Part shown: piece after piece, positions 55,616-64,000 of the stretch
How positions within the stretch are numbered: the stretch's first letter is position 1
How the letters are laid out: every line of letters begins with the position of its first letter
Source of the DNA: Akkermansiaceae bacterium
GTDB taxonomy: Bacteria; Verrucomicrobiota; Verrucomicrobiia; Verrucomicrobiales; Akkermansiaceae
Assembly (NCBI GenBank): GCA_040769225.1
Contig: JAXGLL010000001.1
Location: 2,047,263 to 2,111,262 of the forward strand
DNA: 64,000 nucleotides
Direction: 5' to 3'
The notes under the pieces: model-generated
What the model was told of the DNA's origin: nothing
Database searches by the model: none
Seen by the model: the letters and a program-made list of their open reading frames with translations, nothing else
Position numbers and translations under genes: made by a program

Positions 55616-56560
55616 ATGAAGCAAGAAACGAAACCACAGTACCTGGGCGTCGACGTTTGCAAAGCCAAACTTGACGTGTTCAGCCCGCACTGGAATCAAA
55701 CGCGCGTTTACCCGAACACGGCAGCCGGCCTGAAGCGGCTGGGTCAGGACCTGCGGGATCATCCCGGGCGGGTGCACTTGGTATGCGAGCCGACAGGCGG
55801 CTATGAGCGGCCGCTTTTGGCGATGGCATTCGCCAACGGCATCGACATCAGCGCGATCAACGCCCTTCGTGTTCGCAGCTTCGCCCACGCCAAGGGCTTG
55901 CTGGCCAAGACGGACGAAATCGACGCGGAGGTGCTGAGCGCCTTCGGCGAAGCCTTCGCGCCGAGCCCTGCCCCGGTGCCCTGCGCTGTGCAGCAGGCGC
56001 TTTCGAGCACCCTGCGGCGGCGCGAGAGCCTGATGCGCCAGTTGGTGCGCGAGAAGAACGCCTTGGAAAAAGCCACCGACAGCTTCGTGAAGGCCGATGT
56101 GCGGGCGACCATCGGATTTCTGGAGCGCCACATCGCCAAGTGCGACCAACGCATGCTTGAACTCATCGGAGCCGACCAGGCGCTGAGCGCCAAGCGCCAG
56201 CGCCTCGAGCAAGTCCGCGGAGTGGGTAGCGTCACGGCTTGCATGCTGCTGGCCGAGTTGCCCGAACTCGGCCGGCTCACCGACAACCAGATTTCGACCT
56301 TGGTGGGCGTGGCGCCGCTGAACAACGACAGCGGGCCACGCCGCGGCCGGCGCAGCGTCAAGGGCGGGCGTGCCATGGTGCGGCGCGGCCTCTACATGCC
56401 GGCCCTTGCGGCGGTACGTTTCAACCCGATCCTGCGCGCTTTCTACCGCCGCCTGATCGAACGCGGCAAACCTCACCATGTCGCCATCACCGCGGTGATC
56501 CGAAAGCTCATCCGCCTGCTCAATCGGATGCTGGCTCGTCCGGACTTCCAGCTTTCCTGA
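55616..56560 (+). CDS. IS110-family transposase
   Basis: LGVDVCKAKLDV...DISAINAL...VGSVTACMLLAELPELGRLTDNQISTLVGVAPLNNDSG is the DEDD N-terminal domain plus the Transposase_20 C-terminus. Confidence 0.8.
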   Translation: MKQETKPQYLGVDVCKAKLDVFSPHWNQTRVYPNTAAGLKRLGQDLRDHPGRVHLVCEPTGGYERPLLAMAFANGIDISAINALRVRSFAHAKGLLAKTDEIDAEVLSAFGEAFAPSPAPVPCAVQQALSSTLRRRESLMRQLVREKNALEKATDSFVKADVRATIGFLERHIAKCDQRMLELIGADQALSAKRQRLEQVRGVGSVTACMLLAELPELGRLTDNQISTLVGVAPLNNDSGPRRGRRSVKGGRAMVRRGLYMPALAAVRFNPILRAFYRRLIERGKPHHVAITAVIRKLIRLLNRMLARPDFQLS

Positions 56561-56888
56561 CCGGCGGCTTCCACAGCAGCCGGGTTTGCGACGCAAACCC
56601 GATAACGCCCCTGATCTCGGGCGACTGACGGGCTCAAGCGGAATAGTGGTCGGGAGTCGAAAAGGTTCCGCTTGAACCCGGCAGGCGCCCGAGATGCCCG
56701 ACCTCGCCTCCACGGCTCCAAACCACCTTCTGAACAAAAAGAAAAAACAGAGTTGCTGTCCCCCAATTGAGACCTGCGGATTGCGAAGGGCAGACACTCG
56801 GCACCTGGGAATGGATCCAGTAGGTTCTGCCCCATGATTGTGCAGCAGATGGCTTGACAGGCCACAGGAATCTGTCTATGATAGCCAC

Positions 56889-57176
56889 ATGAAGCTCGCG
56901 AGCGTTTCGGAGTTGAAGGACGGCCTGTCGGCCCACCTTGAACTGGTGCGGGGCGGGGAAACGGTGGTGGTAACGGACCGGCGGGTTCCGGTGGCGGTTT
57001 TGGAGCGGATCGAGTCAGGCCTGCTGGAGGATGGCGAGTCGGGTTTGGTGGCGCAGGGGATCGTGGCGCCGCCGCGGACCTCGCTGGCGGTTGGGGAATT
57101 CCTTGCGCTGCCGCGGGGCGAGTGTGCCGGCGGCCTGACGGCGGCGATGCTGGAAGAACGCGCTGAGGGTCGATGA
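56889..57176 (+). CDS. Phd/YefM/VapB-type antitoxin
   Basis: MKLASVSELKDGLSAHLELVRGGETVVVTDRRVPVAVL. Its stop overlaps the downstream PIN gene. Confidence 0.55.
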   Translation: MKLASVSELKDGLSAHLELVRGGETVVVTDRRVPVAVLERIESGLLEDGESGLVAQGIVAPPRTSLAVGEFLALPRGECAGGLTAAMLEERAEGR

Positions 57177-57592
57177 AATTCTGGGACTCCTCCGCGATCG
57201 CGCCGTTGCTTGTCGGTGAGCCGGAGTCTCCGACCCGCGAGGCCCAGGTTGCCGCAGACCCCAGGCTGCTCGTCTGGCATGGAACCGAAGCCGAGTTGGA
57301 ATCGGCGATCTGTCGCAGGGAACGGGAGGGATTGCTCGATGCCGCCGGGGCGGCGCATGCCCGGTCGCGACTGAAGCTGCTGGCCGGGGCATGGTTGGAA
57401 GTGCAGGCGACCGCCGCGGTGAAGGCCCGCGCGATCCGCCTGCTGCGGGTTCACCCACTGCGCGCCGCCGCTGCGTTCCAACTGGCCGCAGCCCTGGTGG
57501 CGTTCCGCGAGGCGCCGACCGGCAACGGGTTTCTAACCGCCGACACCCGCCTCGCCCGCGCTGCCGCGCTCGAGGGGTTCGAGGCGGGGTGA
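57173..57592 (+). CDS. PIN-domain toxin (VapC-like)
   Basis: MKFWDSSAIAPLL... There is 4-nt overlap coupling with the upstream antitoxin. The PIN assignment is by size and context and is weaker than for the other two. Confidence 0.5.
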   Translation: MKFWDSSAIAPLLVGEPESPTREAQVAADPRLLVWHGTEAELESAICRREREGLLDAAGAAHARSRLKLLAGAWLEVQATAAVKARAIRLLRVHPLRAAAAFQLAAALVAFREAPTGNGFLTADTRLARAAALEGFEAG

Positions 57593-57805
57593 GCGGGGGG
57601 AAAGCCGGTCAGCGGTCAGCGGGAGCAGTCATTGGTCATTGGCTAGGCGCAAGCAAGCCCAACTGGCTTGTGGATCACAGCCCAGGGCACGCCCTGGGTC
57701 AGTGTCAGCCTGTCCGGTCGCACTCGGCGCTTGGCAAGCCGGGCGGGGGTGGCGGACGGTGGGGGTGCGATGCAGGACCCCGGGTATGTGCGGGATGCCT
57801 TATTG

Positions 57806-57885
57806 AAAGGAGTTCGCTTTTCGGGTTGGTCGCGACCGGCCCGTCATTGGGCGGATCGAAGATTGGGCGGGAGGGGGTGCGGCTG
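57806..57885. ncRNA. Conserved ~75-nt intergenic element, copy B
   Basis: attgaaaggagttcgcttttcgggttggtcgcgaccggcccgtcattgggcggatcgaagattgggcgggagggggtgcgg. Confidence 0.35.
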
Positions 57886-58766
57886 GCCTTTCATGGGGGG
57901 CGGCGGTTGGAGGGGCGGGTTATTGGCGGTTGGAATGGCGGGCGTGTGAGGAAAAAGGCGAAGCGGCCCGGCGTGTGCGTTACAGGCCGACGTCATTCGG
58001 CGCGAGGCAGTGGATTCCGGCAAGAAAAGACTTTCTCCAATTCGATTGGCAGCCAAGGCGATTGGCAGGTCAAGGTTGGCAAGGGGTGGCCTTGGCGCAA
58101 TTCGACCGGCCAGGCGCGCGGCGTTTGGGTCCGGCGCAAGTTCGCCCTGGCGTGGATCGCCTTCCGGAGCGAGCGCCGAGGCCGGATAGCGCCGGCCGTC
58201 GGCGAGCACGATCTCGAAGATTTCGCCGGTCAGCGGCCATTCCCGATGCGCTGTTTCGTCGCGGAAGCCGAGCCCCTTCAGCCCCTGTGGGGTGTGCCGC
58301 CAAGACACCGAAAGCGCCGCGTTGCCCAAGGTGATGCGCCCGTTCCGGCAGTCTGATCGAGCGACTCCCGGCGGCGGCCCCGGAGCGCCGCTGTCCCGGC
58401 CCCGCCCGGCCGCGCCCGCGCCCTCCCCCGGCGACTGATTGATGCCGGTTTCGGCCCCATCAACGACCATCGAAGATAACAGGGCTGCGATGAGTATTGT
58501 CGAAAACACCGGAAATGGCCGGAACGCCGCGAAATCGGGGTGCCTGGGGAGGGGGGGCACCGACGCAGAGCGTAGCCCTATGGTCTGCGGTGCCAAGACG
58601 ATTCGTATGGGTGTCCAACCGCACCGCAGCGGGAACCTGCTTTCGCCCCCGGTCGTGCGGGGAGTGGCGGCCCGAGTGAGTCCCCCGCGCCCCGGCCCGC
58701 GCCATGCCACGCGCCGCTCCGTCGCCCTCCGGCCGTCGCGCTGCGCGCCATGTCCGGCACGGCGGG

Positions 58767-60200
58767 CTACGCGGGGCAGGCAGGCGCCGGCCGGGCCCCT
58801 TCTAACAGTCCCCGCCCGGCGAGGTGGGCGATCCAGCGTGGGAAGTCGAGGTGGGGGTGGTGGAGGTGGGCGAGGGCGGCGAGTTCGGCGGCGGTGCGGG
58901 TGCCGTCGATCAGGCGCAGCAGGCGGTGTTGTTCGGCGGGGAACGAGCACGGGGTGTGCCAGGCGTCGACGAGCGGGTGGCCGCGCTCCACGGCGAGTTG
59001 CCGCAGCGGGTTGAGCAGTGGTCGTTCCGGCACCTCGGCGGGGTAGCGCAGCGGCTCGGTGCGCAGTTCCAGCAGGCCGGCGCGCGCCGCGTCGAGCAGC
59101 AGGCGCGCGATTCTCGGCAGCTCGTTGCTCAGGTCGCCGCGGCGGCGTTCGCCGACGCGTTCGAGCACCTCGCCCACCGGAACGCAGGCCGGTGCGCAGC
59201 CGGCGAGGGCGAGGAACCAGTCGCGCGCCAGCGGCTCCCTGACCCGCGCCCGCACCGCGCCGTCCGCGTCCAACAGCTCGAGCCGGCCGCCGGACTGTGC
59301 GGCGCCGGCCAGCGGCCGCACGCACAGGTCGAGGACGACCTGCGAGCTGACCGGGGCCGGGGTGCCGGCGTCGGCGCGGGCGAGCACCGCGGCGCGGTGG
59401 GTGCGGCCGCCGAGGAGGTCGGCGAGTTGGGCGGCCAGCAGCGGGTCGCCGGCGGCCGGTGCCAGCCATTGCTCGCCGCGCGGCGGGAGGCCGGCCGGCA
59501 GCTGGTCGGCGAGCGCCGCCTCGCCCAGCCAGCGCAGTCCGGACTGCCCGGCCCAGGTGACGAACTGGGCCACGGTGACCGGGTCGCACACCGGGGCCAG
59601 ATCGTCGAAAGCGAGCAGTTCCCCCTTGGCGCGCATGTCGCGGGCGATCTCGCGCAGCAGCACCGCGAACGCGGAACCGGCGCCATCCAGCGCGCCGTCG
59701 ATCCCCGCGAGCACCTCGTCCGGCGTGGCGCCGAACCCCGGGCGCCCGGCCAGCGCGCGCACCACCTCGGCCAGCGGCCGCCGCAGCGCCCACCCGGGGT
59801 CGGTGTTGAAGCTGATGTAGGCCAGCCCGCCGCGGGCGAGCGCCGTCCGGCACGACTCGAGCAGCCGCCGCTTCGCCTGGTCCGCCACCCACGAGAACAC
59901 CCCGTGGGCGATCACGAAATCGAACCCCTCGCCCTGCCAGTCCGCGAAGTCGGCGCACTCGAAGCGCGCGTTGGCGAGGCCCGCCGCTGCCGCCAGCCCG
60001 CGCGCCTCGTCGATCGCGGGCGCGGAGAAGTCGACCCCCACGCACTCGGCGCCGGGAAACGCGGCGGCGATTGGCAACAGGTTCCAGCCGCCGGCGCAGC
60101 CGATCTCCAACACCCGCATCCCGTCCGGGTTGACCGGCGCCAGCCCCGCCAGCCGCCCATGCACCCCGACCACCGCGGGGTGGCTCGCCGGGTGGCTCAT
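58767..60200 (-). CDS. Class I SAM-dependent methyltransferase with a C-terminal methyltransferase-regulatory domain
   Basis: VLEIGCAGGWNLLPIAAAFPGAECVGVDFS is motif I. The C-terminal ~300 aa resemble the MethyTransf_Reg architecture. An alternative GTG start lies near 60248. Confidence 0.6.
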   Translation of the reverse strand: MSHPASHPAVVGVHGRLAGLAPVNPDGMRVLEIGCAGGWNLLPIAAAFPGAECVGVDFSAPAIDEARGLAAAAGLANARFECADFADWQGEGFDFVIAHGVFSWVADQAKRRLLESCRTALARGGLAYISFNTDPGWALRRPLAEVVRALAGRPGFGATPDEVLAGIDGALDGAGSAFAVLLREIARDMRAKGELLAFDDLAPVCDPVTVAQFVTWAGQSGLRWLGEAALADQLPAGLPPRGEQWLAPAAGDPLLAAQLADLLGGRTHRAAVLARADAGTPAPVSSQVVLDLCVRPLAGAAQSGGRLELLDADGAVRARVREPLARDWFLALAGCAPACVPVGEVLERVGERRRGDLSNELPRIARLLLDAARAGLLELRTEPLRYPAEVPERPLLNPLRQLAVERGHPLVDAWHTPCSFPAEQHRLLRLIDGTRTAAELAALAHLHHPHLDFPRWIAHLAGRGLLEGARPAPACPA

Positions 60201-60402
60201 CGGCGGATAGACCCGCCCCGCGTAGAGCTCTCGCAACGCCTCGCTCACGCCCCGAGGCTGCCCGCTTCCCCGCCCGCTGGCGACGGTTTTCGGCGGCCGC
60301 CGGGAAACAGAAAGTGATCGCAATCACGTCCACCCGGGTCCATGGATGCCGGCGCCAGCCCCCCAGCGCCACCGCCCGGCCACCGCCCGGCCGGTCCCAC
60401 CG

Positions 60403-63400
60403 ATGCACGATCCCTGCAAGCGTCCGCAACCCGCGATCCGGCGAGCCTTGCCGCTCGCGGCCGCCGCGCTCGCGGTCGCCATCGGGGGCTGGTGGGCCAG
60501 CCAGCGCCACCCGCCGCAGCCGCCCGCCGCAAGCCGTCCGCGGCCGGCGCCAACCAACGCCGCACCCGCCCGCCAACGTGACGGTGCACCCGCCCGCCAA
60601 CGCGCCAGTGCGCCCGGCCGGCCGGCGGTTCGCCGGGCTGCCGCGGCGGCTGCGGCGCGTGCCGTCGGCGCGCCGGCCCGGTCGGCGCTCGCCCGCGGTC
60701 CCCACCACCGGCTGCTCTTCGCCGACGCCCGCGAGGTCGCCCGCCGGCCGGCCGCCGGACGGCGCTTTGCCGGCGACCTCCTGCGCCTGCGCGACGACCG
60801 CCCGCGGGGGCCGCTCACCTTCAACGAGCACACCCTGTCCGCGGTCGAGGCCGGCTGCGACTTCGCGGCGGTCCGACGCCTCGTCGCCTCCGATGCCCGC
60901 CTGCTGCGCCTGCCCCTCGACCGGCGGCGCTCCGTGGTGGTCGAGCTCGACCGCGTGCTGGCGCGCGGGCCGGTCACCCACACCCTCCTCGGCAAGGTCG
61001 CCGGCGACCCGTTCAGCGACGTGCTGCTGGTCTTCCACGACGGCGCGGTCAGCGGCTCGCTCGCGTTCCTCGACCGCGACGACCACTACGAGTTCGGGAT
61101 GGCCGGCAACGGCAACGTCGCCATCCGCCGCCTCGATCCCCAGACCTATCAGGCACCTTGCGGCGACCCCTGCGACCACCCCGATGCCGCCGCCGCCGCC
61201 GATACCGCCGACGATCAACCCACGCCCGCCGACGGCCCCGCGCCCGCGCCCCCCGCCTCCGACCCGGCCGCCGCGGTCGTGATCGACACCGTCGTCGGCT
61301 ACGATCCCGCCGCGCGCGTGGCCGATGGCGGGGTCTCCGGCATCGAGGCGCGCATCATCGCCGCGGTCGACCGCATGAACAGCGCGCTTTCCAACAGCCA
61401 GGTCACCGGCACCGCGGTCGCCCTCCGGGCCACCATCGAGGATCCCGCCTACATCTTCCCCGGCGCGCTCGCCGGAGAGATCGGCGAGGACGACGAGCTC
61501 GGCCACCTCGACGACGACGACGACGGCGTGCTCGACACCGTCTCCGACCTCCGCCGCGAACTCGGCGCCGATCACAACGCGTTCGTCATCACCCAGTCCG
61601 ACGGCTACTCCGGCATCGCCCGCCGCCCCGGCAGGTCGATGATCGTCGCCCGCGACTTCATGACCTCCACCCGCATCACCTTCGCCCATGAGTTCGGCCA
61701 CAACCTCGACGCCGGCCACGCCTGGGGCGACACCGCGGGCGACCTGCGCATCGACCGCCACAGCTACGGCTGGCGGCTCGACCCACCCGGCGCCGCCGCC
61801 CCGGTCCGCACCATCATGGCCTACGACTGGAGCTGGGGCACCGGCGCACGCATCCCCTACTTCTCCAATCCCGCCGTCGAATACAACGGCGCCCGCACCG
61901 GCGCCGCCGACGGCTACGACGCCACCGGCGATCTAACAGCGGATTCGCGCTGCGTCGCCGGCGGCCTGACCGGCGGCGGCGGGACCGGCTACGACGGCAC
62001 CCACCCGCAGCTTGGGGCCCGCAACGCCGACCGCATCGCGGCGAGAGCCCCGCTGCTGGCCGCCAGCGCCAGCCGCCCGGCGCCGGAAATCGCGATCGAA
62101 TGCCCGGCCGGAACCGCCCTCGTCGACGGCGGCCCTGCGGTCGCGCTCGACTCGCCGGCGCTCGGCACGACCACCGCCACCACGTTCACGCTCCGCAACC
62201 CGGGCACCGCGCCGCTTGCCGACGTGGCCGCCTCGATCGGCGGCCCGGCGGCCCCCGACTTCGCGATTGCCCGCCCGCCGCCGGCCACGCTGGCCGCCGG
62301 CGCCGTCGCCACCTTCGAGGTCGTGTTCACCCCGTCCGCCGCCGGCGACCGCACCGCCACCCTGCACGTGGCCAGCACCGACGCCGACGAGAACCCCTTC
62401 GACATCGCCCTGCTCGGGCAAACGATCGGCCGCTGGCAGTTCGCCTGCCCCCAGTCGCTGACCATCCCCGCCCAGGGCGCGGCCAACCCATGGCCTTCGG
62501 CAGTCGAGGTGGCCGGGGTCTCCGGCCGGGTGCTGAGCCTGCGCGTGCTGCTCAACGACGTCTCCCACGGCTACCCGGACGACCTCGACGTCCTCTTGGT
62601 GTCGCCCGCCGGGCGGGTGTGCGCGCTGATGTCCGACGTCGGCCGCTCCTACGACCTCGTCCATGTCAAGCTGGTGATCGACGACGCCGCGCCCGGCCCG
62701 CTGCCCGATTCCGACCAGACACCGATCACCTCGGGAACCTATCAGCCGACCAACGCGGTGGCCGACGAATCGCTGCCACCGGGCGGCAAGGGAACGATCG
62801 GCACCAGCCTGATGGAGCTGGCGGGCACCGGCGTCAACGGCCCATGGCGCCTGTTCGTCAGCGACGACAACGCGGGCGATTCCGGGTCGATCGGCTCGTG
62901 GGCGGTGTGGATCGAGGCCGCCGCCGAACCGGTGCCGGTGCTCGCGGTCGCGGGCCCGGCCGGCGCGCTCCCCGCCACCGGCGGCGTCGCCGACCTCGGC
63001 CCGCGGGTCGTGGGCGCCGGCCCCGCCTGGCACGTGTTCACCCTCTCCAACCCCGGCGCCGCGCCGCTCACCGCCATCGCGCTGCGCCACGACGGCTCCC
63101 ACGCGGGCGACTTCCTCCTCGATTGCTCCGCCACCGCCGCCACCCTCGCCCCCGGCGCCACCACCACCTTCGCCGTCGGGTTTGCACCGGCGGCAACAGG
63201 GACCCGGGTCGCGCTCGCCCACGTCACCTCCAGCGACCCCGCCCGCAACCCCTTCGACATCGTCCTTGCCGGCACCGGCATCACCGCGCTCAAGGCCTAT
63301 CAGGCGTGGGCCACCGCCGCCGGCCTCGGCGGCGACGCCGCCCTCCCCGCGGCCGCGCCATTCGGCGACGGCGTCGCCAACCTGCTCAAGTACGCGTTCC

Positions 63401-63741
63401 ACATGGACGGCACCGCCCCCGACCGGCACACCCTCACCCCGGGCCGCGGCGCCTCCGGCCTGCCCGCCCTCTACCACCACGCCGCCGACGGCCTGCCGGT
63501 GTGCCGCTTCGAGTTCGTCCGCCGCAGCGGCTCCGGCCTGGCCTACGCCCCGGTCCAGTCCCCTTCCCTCGCCCCCGCCGCGTGGCTGCCCGCCACCGGC
63601 ACCACCACCGTCACCACCATCAACCCCGACTGGGAACGCGTCGTCATCACCCAGCCGCTGGACCGCTCGGTGCCCCGCCGCTTCTTCTCCGTCGTCGTCA
63701 CCCTGCCGGAACCCCCCGCCGCCACCCCGCCAGCCAACTGA
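60403..63741 (+). CDS. Secreted reprolysin-like (M12B-type) zinc metalloprotease with ASH/choice-of-anchor-D beta-sandwich domains and a proprotein-convertase P-domain
   Basis: A signal/TM MHDPCKRPQPAIRRALPLAAAALAVAIGGWW, zinc motif TFAHEFGHNLDAGHAWGD, a P-domain LSLRVLLNDVSHGYPDDLDVLLVSPAGRVCALMSD...WRLFVSDDNAGDSGSIGSWAVWIE, and two ATxTFTLRNPG...NPFDIxLxG domains. Confidence 0.7.
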   Translation: MHDPCKRPQPAIRRALPLAAAALAVAIGGWWASQRHPPQPPAASRPRPAPTNAAPARQRDGAPARQRASAPGRPAVRRAAAAAAARAVGAPARSALARGPHHRLLFADAREVARRPAAGRRFAGDLLRLRDDRPRGPLTFNEHTLSAVEAGCDFAAVRRLVASDARLLRLPLDRRRSVVVELDRVLARGPVTHTLLGKVAGDPFSDVLLVFHDGAVSGSLAFLDRDDHYEFGMAGNGNVAIRRLDPQTYQAPCGDPCDHPDAAAAADTADDQPTPADGPAPAPPASDPAAAVVIDTVVGYDPAARVADGGVSGIEARIIAAVDRMNSALSNSQVTGTAVALRATIEDPAYIFPGALAGEIGEDDELGHLDDDDDGVLDTVSDLRRELGADHNAFVITQSDGYSGIARRPGRSMIVARDFMTSTRITFAHEFGHNLDAGHAWGDTAGDLRIDRHSYGWRLDPPGAAAPVRTIMAYDWSWGTGARIPYFSNPAVEYNGARTGAADGYDATGDLTADSRCVAGGLTGGGGTGYDGTHPQLGARNADRIAARAPLLAASASRPAPEIAIECPAGTALVDGGPAVALDSPALGTTTATTFTLRNPGTAPLADVAASIGGPAAPDFAIARPPPATLAAGAVATFEVVFTPSAAGDRTATLHVASTDADENPFDIALLGQTIGRWQFACPQSLTIPAQGAANPWPSAVEVAGVSGRVLSLRVLLNDVSHGYPDDLDVLLVSPAGRVCALMSDVGRSYDLVHVKLVIDDAAPGPLPDSDQTPITSGTYQPTNAVADESLPPGGKGTIGTSLMELAGTGVNGPWRLFVSDDNAGDSGSIGSWAVWIEAAAEPVPVLAVAGPAGALPATGGVADLGPRVVGAGPAWHVFTLSNPGAAPLTAIALRHDGSHAGDFLLDCSATAATLAPGATTTFAVGFAPAATGTRVALAHVTSSDPARNPFDIVLAGTGITALKAYQAWATAAGLGGDAALPAAAPFGDGVANLLKYAFHMDGTAPDRHTLTPGRGASGLPALYHHAADGLPVCRFEFVRRSGSGLAYAPVQSPSLAPAAWLPATGTTTVTTINPDWERVVITQPLDRSVPRRFFSVVVTLPEPPAATPPAN

Positions 63742-63748
63742 CCGCCCC

Positions 63749-64000
63749 ATGACTCCGCCCCGCCTCGCCCTGGTCGCCTGCGCCGTGTTCGAAGGCGAAA
63801 TCGCCGCCGCCACCGCCGGCGCCGGCCACGTCGCCGCCGTCCGCTTCCTCGAAATCGGCCTCCACGACCGCCCCGACGTCCTGCGCACCACCCTCCAACA
63901 GGCGCTCGACGAGCTCGACGCCCGCGACGACATCGACGCCCTCGCGCTCGCCTACGGCCTGTGCGGCTGCGGCACCGCCGGCCTGCACGCGCGCCGCCAC
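63749..64000 (+). CDS. DUF1638-like protein (3' end outside the window)
   Basis: MTPPRLALVACAVFEGEIAAATAG...IGLHDRPDVLRTTLQQALDELD has good codon bias and runs off the window edge. Confidence 0.45.
   Translation, partial: MTPPRLALVACAVFEGEIAAATAGAGHVAAVRFLEIGLHDRPDVLRTTLQQALDELDARDDIDALALAYGLCGCGTAGLHARRH

Noticed and set aside
57844-61761. The 1305-aa minus-strand ORF 57844..61761
   Set aside because: Most of it is antisense to the reprolysin-like gene and the intergenic region. Only the 58767..60200 frame (the methyltransferase) has protein-like composition.

Overview
This is a 64-kb, very GC-rich (about 70%) chromosomal segment. Its gene content (ECF sigma factor paired with a Ser/Thr kinase, Tat-exported Gfo/Idh/MocA oxidoreductases, ThuA, DUF1080, lamin-tail/CotH and thrombospondin type 3 repeat giant proteins) points to a Planctomycetota/Verrucomicrobiota-type genome. 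Housekeeping genes are present: a C-terminal piece of hrpA, recA, avtA, a peroxiredoxin, menC-menA, tsf-rpsB, rpe, tadA, pfkA, rbfA-infB-nusA, cdaA and tRNA-Lys(UUU). They are interleaved with accessory and degenerate material. The 3' end of hrpA is duplicated about 135 bp on either side of a 1.6-kb insert that holds a decayed IS with inverted-repeat ends and an orphan PIN-domain gene. A MITE derived from that same IS sits at 18.76 kb. There is an intact IS110-family transposase, two vapBC-like pairs, a small ORF paired with an AbiEii-like nucleotidyltransferase, and a brnA-like ORF overlapping a Ser/Thr kinase that is cut short just after its TM helix. Downstream of tRNA-Lys, an integrase remnant and a pectate-lyase-fold gene are both truncated at the same breakpoint. 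Several repeat classes stand out against the GC-rich background: a 27-bp hairpin unit repeated 6 times in tandem, a family of GATTGATG/CATCAATC palindromic elements (3 copies), and an 80-nt conserved intergenic element (2 copies). No CRISPR array, rRNA or reverse transcriptase was seen. Many long Arg/Pro/Ala-rich ORFs in the track are antisense or off-frame artefacts of the high GC content and are not called. All coordinates are computed from the ORF track and reading by eye; no homology search was run.
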